A DNA stretch of 14,150 nucleotides from UHGV virus genome UHGV-0126890; one strand, 5' to 3'. Positions 7,898 to 14,150 of this stretch are shown piece by piece; the first letter of the stretch is position 1, and every line of letters begins with the position of its first letter. A program made the translations under genes and the position numbers. The DNA comes from a virus. Under the pieces are notes generated by a model. That model was not told the DNA's origin and searched no databases. It saw only the letters and a list, made by a program, of their open reading frames with translations.

Positions 7898-8958
7898 GCC
7901 TGTCGCTCCCAACCAATCTCTACCGAACTAAAACGAGGCTTTGTAAATTCTACCTGTTGAAAATCAATAGCATCTATTATCGTTTTTTTATGTTCATCGA
8001 ACCCCCATTCTTGACAATAACTATCCTTCGCACGCATAAAAATACTGCGAACATCTTTATGTATGTTAGGGTTAACTATTCTAATTCTTATATTTTCATT
8101 GCCATCCAGTAATTGATATTTAGATAGTGTGTCCAGAATGTAAATAAACTCTAGCTCGTTTTTTCCTTCGCCATTGTAATAAATAATGTAACCATGTTTA
8201 AATGTGGTTTCCCATTGTGATGTTTCTTCATTGCAATGTCTGACGTCATTATGTTTTATAATAAGGAATGGGCCTGTCAATAATTCTACAGTTGCTGGAA
8301 GTTCTTCGGGCGAACCGCTTACTTTATGTAGTGAAAGGTCTGGGTAAAAGAATTGATATTTTTTACCGAGTGGAAACTCTCTTTTGTGGCTTAGTTGTGA
8401 TAAATCGCAGATTATTGACTGCAGGTAGTTTATAGTTCTTGGTTCAATAATGTGTATTTTTTGACCGACCCTTACCGGTATATTGTCAAGATTGATACCT
8501 CTTTTCTTCTTATCAGTTTCAGTATTGTGAGACTGATAGAATACATCATAAAAAGATTGGTCAAAGTCTCCGTCATGGTTGTATACAAAGAGCATGCCTC
8601 TGACTTCTGACGCACCACTTTTATAAGAATAACGCTCCTTCCATTCTTTACAACCTTGAGCACAGTCAATAGAATTAGCCAGCGATACTAAAGCATTGCG
8701 CATTTTAGTTGCTGTAATTGAGCCTTTAATATAGCTTTTTAAATCAGTATTTAAAAAAATGGTTCTATTCAAATAGGGATCTTTATAAGAAAATACAACA
8801 TCAGTTGGATGTGTTCCGGCTAGTGTTTTATGTTGATCTTTTTTCATGCATGGAAAGTTTTCATTGGTTGGACCAACGAGTTCCCACTTAAACCATTTGA
8901 ATAGGTCTGAAGATATTTTTTCTGCCATTGCTGAAATATTTTGAGTTTCACCTGACAT
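7894..8958 (-). CDS. Hypothetical protein, first gene of the AT-rich cargo operon; possible nuclease or nucleotidyltransferase-like motifs (speculative)
   Basis: 354-aa ORF. ATG at 8956-8958 with an AGGT-type Shine-Dalgarno about 7 nt upstream. No Walker A. HPTD followed 21 residues later by DLK is compatible with a PD-(D/E)xK pattern; KSGAS ... DGDFD is loosely compatible with a nucleotidyltransferase GS ... DxD pattern. Both are unverified pattern matches. Confidence 0.75.
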   Translation of the reverse strand: MSGETQNISAMAEKISSDLFKWFKWELVGPTNENFPCMKKDQHKTLAGTHPTDVVFSYKDPYLNRTIFLNTDLKSYIKGSITATKMRNALVSLANSIDCAQGCKEWKERYSYKSGASEVRGMLFVYNHDGDFDQSFYDVFYQSHNTETDKKKRGINLDNIPVRVGQKIHIIEPRTINYLQSIICDLSQLSHKREFPLGKKYQFFYPDLSLHKVSGSPEELPATVELLTGPFLIIKHNDVRHCNEETSQWETTFKHGYIIYYNGEGKNELEFIYILDTLSKYQLLDGNENIRIRIVNPNIHKDVRSIFMRAKDSYCQEWGFDEHKKTIIDAIDFQQVEFTKPRFSSVEIGWERQA

Positions 8959-9196
8959 GATAATTACCTATATATATTTTGTATAAATCCCTATGAGCCA
9001 TAACTCTTATGAACCACATGTAACAACGTGGGGCATATTATGGCTAATCGATCTGTACCATAATTTCATCATTCTTGCATCATCTTGAATGAATTCGCAT
9101 GCTTACGCCATATCCATATCAAAACATCAATGTCAACAATGGCGCGGATTCGGCTAAATCATGCAACTGCATTAAAATCGCCCCATGAAGCGGGCG

Positions 9197-9215
9197 GGCG
9201 AGGCGGGGAAAGCAC
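9197..9215. other. Candidate cos site (P2-type 19-nt cohesive end)
   Basis: GGCGAGGCGGGGAAAGCAC matches the P2 cohesive-end sequence as I recall it. It lies between the hotspot and the Q gene, the expected position in a P2 prophage. Flanked on the Q side by GC-rich DNA containing a direct repeat CGTGATGACG (9265-9274 and 9342-9351). Confidence 0.6.
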
Positions 9216-9357
9216 TGCGCGCTGGCGGTGGTGCTGATTTTATTTTTTCAGCGTCTGAGCGCGCCGTGATGACGTTTAGATTGTTAGCCGGGGCGTTGGT
9301 GTGTCTGCGGGATGTTTTGTGCGGTGGTGAGCGTGTGAGGGCGTGATGACGGGGGGT

Positions 9358-9380
9358 AAAAAAGCCGCCCGCAGGCGGCG
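9358..9380 (-). terminator. Rho-independent terminator downstream of Q
   Basis: On the minus strand: GCCGCC / GGCGGC 6-bp GC stem with a 4-nt loop, followed by a run of six U (plus-strand A-run 9358-9363), immediately after the Q stop codon (9385-9387). Confidence 0.6.
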
Positions 9381-9384
9381 ATGT

Positions 9385-10419
9385 TCAGTCGTTGTCAGTG
9401 TCCAGTGAGTAGTTTTTAAAGCGGATGACCTCCTGACCGAGCCAGCCGTTTATTTCCCGAATCCTGTCTTGTAGCGGGATAAGCTCATTGCGGACAAAGA
9501 CCTTTGCCACTTTCTCAATATCGCCCAGCGACCCGACGTTCTCCGGCTTGCCGCCCATCAACTGAAAGGGGATGCGGTGCGCATCCAGCAGGTCAGCGGC
9601 GCTGGCTTTTTTGATATTAAAAAAATCGTCCTTCGTTGCCACTTCACTGAGCGGAATAATTTTAATGCCGTCAGCTTTCCCCTGTGGGGCATAGAGAAAC
9701 AGGTTTTTAAAGTTGTTGCGGCCTTTCGACTTCACCATGTTTTCGCGGAGCATTTCGATATCGTTGCGATCCTGCACGGCATCGGTGACGTACATGATGT
9801 ATCCGGCATGTGCGCCGTTTTCGTAATACTTGCGGCGGAACAGCGTGGCCGACTCATTCAGCCAGGCAGAGTTAAGGGCGCTGAGATATTCCGGCAGACC
9901 GTACAGCTCCTGATTAATATCCGGCTCCAGCAGGTGAAACACGGAGCCGGGCGCGAAAGGTGTCGGCTCGTTGAAGGACGGCACCCACCAGTAAACATCC
10001 TCCTCCACGCCACGGCGGGTATATTTTGCCGGTGAGGTTTCCAGTCTGATGACCTTACCGGTGGTGCTGTATCGCTTTTCCAGAAACGCATTACCGAACA
10101 CCAGAAAATCCAGCACAAAGCGGCTGAAATCCTGCTGGGAAAGCCACGGATGCGGGATAAATGTCGACGCCAGAATATTGCGTTTGACGTAAATCGGCGA
10201 GCTGTGATGCACGGCAGCACGCAGGCTTTTTGCCAGACCGGTAAAGCTGACCGGTGGCTCATACCATCTGCCGTTACTGATGCACTCGACGTAATCCAGA
10301 ATGTCACGCCGGTCGAGTACCGGCACCGGCTCACCAAAGGTGAATGCCTCCATTTTCGGGGCGCTGGCGGTCATTTTTTTTGCCGCAGGTTGCGGTGTTT
10401 TCCCTTTTTTCTTGCTCAT
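9385..10419 (-). CDS. Q: Portal protein (P2 gpQ-like)
   Basis: 344 aa, the length of P2 Q, with N-terminus MSKKKGKTPQPAAK and overall resemblance to P2 Q as recalled. Its ATG (10417-10419) overlaps the stop of the upstream terminase gene by 1 nt, as in the P2 PQ operon. Confidence 0.9.
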   Translation of the reverse strand: MSKKKGKTPQPAAKKMTASAPKMEAFTFGEPVPVLDRRDILDYVECISNGRWYEPPVSFTGLAKSLRAAVHHSSPIYVKRNILASTFIPHPWLSQQDFSRFVLDFLVFGNAFLEKRYSTTGKVIRLETSPAKYTRRGVEEDVYWWVPSFNEPTPFAPGSVFHLLEPDINQELYGLPEYLSALNSAWLNESATLFRRKYYENGAHAGYIMYVTDAVQDRNDIEMLRENMVKSKGRNNFKNLFLYAPQGKADGIKIIPLSEVATKDDFFNIKKASAADLLDAHRIPFQLMGGKPENVGSLGDIEKVAKVFVRNELIPLQDRIREINGWLGQEVIRFKNYSLDTDND

Positions 10420-11360
10420 CAGTAAAACTCCAGAATGGTGGATGTCAGCGGGGTGCTGATACCGGCGGTGAGTGGCTCATTTAACAGGGCGTGCATGGTC
10501 GCCCAGGCGAGGTCGGCGTGGCTGGCTTCCTCGCTGCGGCTGGCCTCATAGGTGGCACTGCGTCCGCTGCTGGTCATGGTCTTGCGGATAGCCATAAACG
10601 AGCTGGTGATGTCGGTGGCGCTGACGTCATATTCCAGACAGCCACGGCGGATAACGTCTTTTGCCTTGAGCACCATTGCGGTTTTCATTTCCGGCGTGTA
10701 GCGGATATCGCGCGCGGCGGGATAGAACGAGCGCACGAGCTGGAACACGCCGACACCGAGGCCGGTGGCATCAATTCCGATGTATTCGACGTTGTATTTT
10801 TCGGTGAGTTTGCGGATGGATTCCGCCTGGGTGGCAAAGTCCATGCCTTTCCACTGGTGACGCTCAAGTATTCTGAATTTGCCACCGGCCACCACCGGCG
10901 GTGCCAGTACCACGCATCCGGCGCTGTCGCCACGGTGTGACGGGTCGTAACCAATCCATACCGGGCGGGAGCCGAACGGATTGGCGGCAAACGGCGCATA
11001 GTCTTCCCATTCTTCCAGCGTGTCGACCATGCAGCGTTGCAGCTCCTCGAACGGGAACACCGACGCCTTGTCGTCAACAAATTCACACATGAACAGGTTT
11101 TTAAAATCGTCGGCGCTGTTTTCACGTTTGAGCTGCTCAATGTCGAACAGTGTGCAGCCACCTTTCAGGGCGTCCTCAATGGTAACAATCTGCCGCCACT
11201 GGCCGTCCGCACAGAGAAGACCTCCGGCAAGGGCGTTATGACTGACGTCGATTTCCACGCGTTCGGCGGCGCTGGCGCGTCCCCGGTTGAACAGTTCACC
11301 CGACCAGAACGGGTAAGGTACTGCATACCCATAAACACCCCGGCGACAGCGGCGGCACAA
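10419..11360 (-). pseudogene. P: 5'-truncated terminase large subunit (P2 gpP-like), nuclease domain only
   Basis: Open frame of about 313 codons ending 1 nt into Q. Contains terminase nuclease-domain-like aspartate motifs (VWIGYDPSHRGDSAG, YIGIDATGLGVG) but no Walker A/B ATPase region. P2-family large terminases are about 590 aa. The frame runs open to 11384 with no ATG or RBS; the ORF-track start is a TTG. Upstream it abuts W instead of the divergent late promoter region and gene O. Confidence 0.7.
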
Positions 11361-11373
11361 CCGGGAGTCCTCT

Positions 11374-11721
11374 ATGACAGCGCGTTATCTCGGAATGAAT
11401 CGCAGTGATGGCCTGACTGTCACTGACCTTGAACATATCAGCCAGAGTATCGGCGATATCCTGCGCACACCGGTCGGCTCACGGGTGATGCGTCGTGATT
11501 ACGGCTCGTTGCTGGCGTCAATGATTGACCAGCCGCAGACCCCGGCGCTTGAGTTGCAGATTAAGGTCGCCTGTTACATGGCAGTGCTGAAATGGGAACC
11601 CCGCGTCACCCTGTCATCCGTCACCACTGAGCGCAGTTTTGACGGGCGAATGACGGTCACGTTAACCGGCCAGCACAACGACACCGGCCAGCCACTTTCG
11701 TTAACCATCCCTGTGAGTTGA
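11374..11721 (+). CDS. W: Baseplate wedge protein (P2 gpW-like, gp25-like)
   Basis: 115 aa, the length of P2 W; ATG at 11374 with GGGAG 6 nt upstream; followed 4 nt later by J, matching the P2 gene order W-J-I-H. Confidence 0.85.
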   Translation: MTARYLGMNRSDGLTVTDLEHISQSIGDILRTPVGSRVMRRDYGSLLASMIDQPQTPALELQIKVACYMAVLKWEPRVTLSSVTTERSFDGRMTVTLTGQHNDTGQPLSLTIPVS

Positions 11722-11725
11722 AATC

Positions 11726-12634
11726 ATGCCGATTATCGACCTGAACCAGCTACCCGCACCGGATGTGGTCGAGGAGCTGGACTTTGAAACCATTCTCGCC
11801 GAACGCAAGGCGACACTGATTTCCCTTTACCCGGAAGACCAGCAGGAGGCGGTCGCCCGTACCCTGACGCTGGAATCTGAGCCTCTCGTCAAGCTGCTGG
11901 AGGAAAATGCTTATCGTGAGCTTATCTGGCGTCAGCGTGTGAATGAGGCCGCACGGGCGGTGATGCTGGCCTGTGCTGCCGGTAATGACCTTGATGTGAT
12001 TGGTGCCAATTACAACACCACGCGCCTGACTATCACCCCGGCAGATGATTCGACCATCCCGCCGACACCGGCAGTGATGGAGTCTGACACCGATTATCGT
12101 CTGCGTATTCAGCAGGCGTTTGAGGGCTTAAGCGTCGCCGGGTCGGTGGGAGCCTATCAGTATCATGGTCGCAGTGCCGACGGGCGTGTCGCGGATATCT
12201 CTGTCACCAGTCCGTCTCCGGCCTGCGTCACCATCTCTGTGCTGTCACGTGAAAATAACGGTGTCGCATCCGAAGACCTGCTGGCGGTGGTGCGTAACGC
12301 CCTGAATGGCGAGGACGTCAGGCCGGTGGCCGACCGCGTGACCGTGCAGTCTGCCGCCATCGTTGAATACCAGATAAACGCCACGCTTTACCTTTACCCT
12401 GGTCCCGAAAGCGAACCCATCCGCGCTGCCGCCGTGAAAAAACTGGAAGCGTACATCACGGCACAGCACCGGCTGGGGCGTGACATCCGTCTGTCTGCCA
12501 TTTATGCCGCTTTGCATGTGGAAGGCGTGCAGCGTGTCGAACTGGCTGCACCGCTGGCCGACATCGTGCTCAACAATACGCAGGCGTCTTTCTGTACCGA
12601 ATACAGCGTCGTGACCGGAGGCTCGGATGAGTGA
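11726..12634 (+). CDS. J: Baseplate assembly protein J (P2 gpJ-like)
   Basis: 302 aa, the length of P2 J; positioned between W and I; overlaps the I start by 8 nt. Confidence 0.85.
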   Translation: MPIIDLNQLPAPDVVEELDFETILAERKATLISLYPEDQQEAVARTLTLESEPLVKLLEENAYRELIWRQRVNEAARAVMLACAAGNDLDVIGANYNTTRLTITPADDSTIPPTPAVMESDTDYRLRIQQAFEGLSVAGSVGAYQYHGRSADGRVADISVTSPSPACVTISVLSRENNGVASEDLLAVVRNALNGEDVRPVADRVTVQSAAIVEYQINATLYLYPGPESEPIRAAAVKKLEAYITAQHRLGRDIRLSAIYAALHVEGVQRVELAAPLADIVLNNTQASFCTEYSVVTGGSDE

Positions 12635-13238
12635 TTCGCGACTGCTGCCGACCGGCTCATCACCGCTTGAGGTCGCCGCCGCAAAAGCCTGTGCGGAAAT
12701 TGAAAAAACGCCGGTCTGTATTCGTGAGCTGTGGAACCCGAATACCTGTCCGGCAAATCTGCTGCCGTGGCTGGCGTGGGCGTTTTCTGTTGACCGCTGG
12801 GATGATAAGTGGCCGGAAGCGACAAAACGCGCTGTTATCCGCGATGCGTATTTCATTCACTGCCATAAGGGCACTATCGGTGCGATCCGGCGTGTGGTGG
12901 AGCCGCTCGGCTATCTGATTGAGGTGAGGGAGTGGTGGCAGCTCAACGAGGAGCCGGGGACGTTCTGTATCGTTGTTGGTGTGCTTGAGCAGGGTATTAC
13001 CGAAGAAATGTATCAGGAGCTGGAGCGTCTTGTTGCTGATGCAAAACCGGCGAGCCGCCATCTGACGGGACTGGCTATCAGTTTAAGTACAACCGGCAAC
13101 ATTTTTGCCGGTGCGGGATGCTATCACGGTGACGCCCTGACGGTTTATCCCTACACCCCGGAGGCCATTATTGTCGGAGGGGATTATTTCCCGGCCTCGG
13201 CCATTCATTTAATTGATAACCTGAGAGTAAACGCATGA
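12627..13238 (+). CDS. I: Baseplate/tail protein I (P2 gpI-like)
   Basis: 203-aa ORF starting MSDSRLLPTGSSPLEVAAAKA; resembles P2 I as recalled. Its stop (13236-13238) overlaps the next ATG (13235-13237). Confidence 0.8.
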   Translation: MSDSRLLPTGSSPLEVAAAKACAEIEKTPVCIRELWNPNTCPANLLPWLAWAFSVDRWDDKWPEATKRAVIRDAYFIHCHKGTIGAIRRVVEPLGYLIEVREWWQLNEEPGTFCIVVGVLEQGITEEMYQELERLVADAKPASRHLTGLAISLSTTGNIFAGAGCYHGDALTVYPYTPEAIIVGGDYFPASAIHLIDNLRVNA

Positions 13239-14150
13239 CAGTGAAATACTACGCCATTCTGACTAATCAGGGCGCAGCACGGCTGGTTAACGCGACGATG
13301 CTCGGCAGTAAGCTGAATCTGACGCAAATGGCCGTTGGTGATGCGAATGGTGTATTACCGACACCAGACCCGGCACAGACAAAACTGATTAACCAGAAAC
13401 GCATCGCGCCGCTTAATCTTCTGAGTGTTGACCCGAACAACCAGAGCCAGATTATTGCTGAGCAAATTATCCCTGAGAACGAGGGCGGATTCTGGATCCG
13501 TGAGATTGGGCTTTATGATGATGAAGGCGTACTCATTGCGGTGGCGAACTGCCCGGAAACGTACAAACCGCAGTTACAGGAAGGCAGTGGACGCACCCAG
13601 ACTATCCGCATGATTCTGGTTGTCACGAATACCGAAGCTATCACGCTGAAAATCGACCCGTCGGTGGTACTGGCGACCCGTAAATACGTGGATGATGAAG
13701 TCCTGGAAATAAAGCTGTATGTGGATGACCAGATGAAAAACCACATTGTCGCACAGGATCCTCATACCCAGTATGCACAGAAACATAATCCGACATTTAC
13801 CGGAGAACCAAAAGCGCCGACGCCTGCCGCAGGAAATAACACCACGCGGATTGCGACAACTGCGTTTGTACAGGCTGCTATTACCGCTCTGATTGACGGT
13901 GCGCCAGCCACGCTGGACACGCTGAAGGAAATTGCAGCAGCTATCAACAATGACCCGAAATTCAGCACCACCATAAACAATGCGCTGTCAGGTAAGCAAC
14001 CACTGGATGAGACGCTGACTCATTTGAGTGGAAAGGATGTTGCCGGTCTTCTCGCATACCTTGGTTTGGTGGATGATTCCGGTGTAGTAGGCCGCTTGCT
14101 TAATACTCAAGTGATTACCTCATCTGGTACTTACACCCCAACACCGGGTA
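13235..14150 (+). CDS. H: Tail fibre protein (P2 gpH-like), N-terminal part; continues beyond the window
   Basis: Frame open from the ATG at 13235 to the end of the window (305 codons, no stop), so absent from the ORF track. N-terminal segments MAVGDANGVLPTPDPAQT, GGFWIREIGLYDDEGVLIAVAN and KPQLQEGSGRTQTIRM parallel the conserved N-terminus of P2 H as recalled. Confidence 0.8.
   Translation, partial: MTVKYYAILTNQGAARLVNATMLGSKLNLTQMAVGDANGVLPTPDPAQTKLINQKRIAPLNLLSVDPNNQSQIIAEQIIPENEGGFWIREIGLYDDEGVLIAVANCPETYKPQLQEGSGRTQTIRMILVVTNTEAITLKIDPSVVLATRKYVDDEVLEIKLYVDDQMKNHIVAQDPHTQYAQKHNPTFTGEPKAPTPAAGNNTTRIATTAFVQAAITALIDGAPATLDTLKEIAAAINNDPKFSTTINNALSGKQPLDETLTHLSGKDVAGLLAYLGLVDDSGVVGRLLNTQVITSSGTYTPTPG

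Noticed and set aside
6832-8112. Plus-strand ORFs 6832-7050 and 7849-8112 within the cargo operon
   Set aside because: Antisense to the two long cargo genes; 7849-8112 spans the ATGA junction between them. The low-complexity AT-rich translations are inconsistent with real proteins.
8472-8669. Minus-strand 65-aa ORF inside the first cargo gene in another frame
   Set aside because: Alternate-frame overlap with the 354-aa gene; no independent support.
8976-9060. Specific -35/-10 promoter assignment for the cargo operon
   Set aside because: Several weak hexamer combinations exist in this AT-rich stretch (for example TTGTTA then 17 nt then TTATGG on the minus strand) but none is convincing; a promoter is expected here but cannot be placed from sequence alone.
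9577-11408. Numerous ORFs overlapping Q and the P remnant (9577-10035, 9858-10337, 10150-10425, 10491-10940, 10685-11161, 10901-11092, 11020-11241, 11037-11408)
   Set aside because: Alternate-frame or antisense ORFs within recognisable portal and terminase coding sequence; typical of GC-rich DNA.
12163-13061. ORFs overlapping J and I in other frames (12163-12384, 12245-12856, 12502-12825, 12631-12918, 12660-13061)
   Set aside because: J and I are supported by position, length and family resemblance; the overlapping frames have no RBS and low-complexity translations.
13425-13980. ORFs 13425-13613 (+), 13513-13746 (-), 13574-13786 (-), 13762-13980 (-) inside the tail fibre gene
   Set aside because: They lie within the uninterrupted H reading frame, which runs from 13235 to the window end.
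1-14150. tRNA, rRNA, CRISPR array, IS element or transposase
   Set aside because: No regularly spaced direct repeats, no terminal inverted repeats flanking a transposase-like ORF, and no stretch with tRNA-like features was seen; all long ORFs are accounted for by phage genes or the cargo operon.

Overview
This window reads as a P2-family (Peduovirus-like) prophage in integrated orientation, and it appears to be defective. Family assignments are from my recollection of P2 proteins and from motifs visible in the translations; no database search was run. Left to right: tyrosine integrase (int, minus), immunity repressor C (minus), an intergenic switch with operator-like repeats, then the early rightward operon cox - small ORF - B - four small ORFs (one a TraR/DksA-type C4 zinc finger) - A (rolling-circle initiator with an HUH motif), ending at a hairpin terminator near 6043-6071. 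The slot after A, where P2 carries tin/old and which is a known anti-phage defence hotspot, holds a compact, very AT-rich three-gene operon on the minus strand (6102-8958). I cannot assign these proteins to any family and none has a P-loop; this is the main candidate for a previously undescribed system. Beyond it lie a 19-nt match to the P2 cohesive end (cos, 9197-9215), a terminator, portal gene Q, and only the 3' (nuclease-domain) part of terminase gene P. The P remnant abuts baseplate/tail genes W-J-I-H directly, so the block that normally separates them (P 5' half, divergent late promoters, capsid, lysis, tail completion and spike genes) is missing. No tRNA, rRNA, CRISPR array or IS element was recognised.
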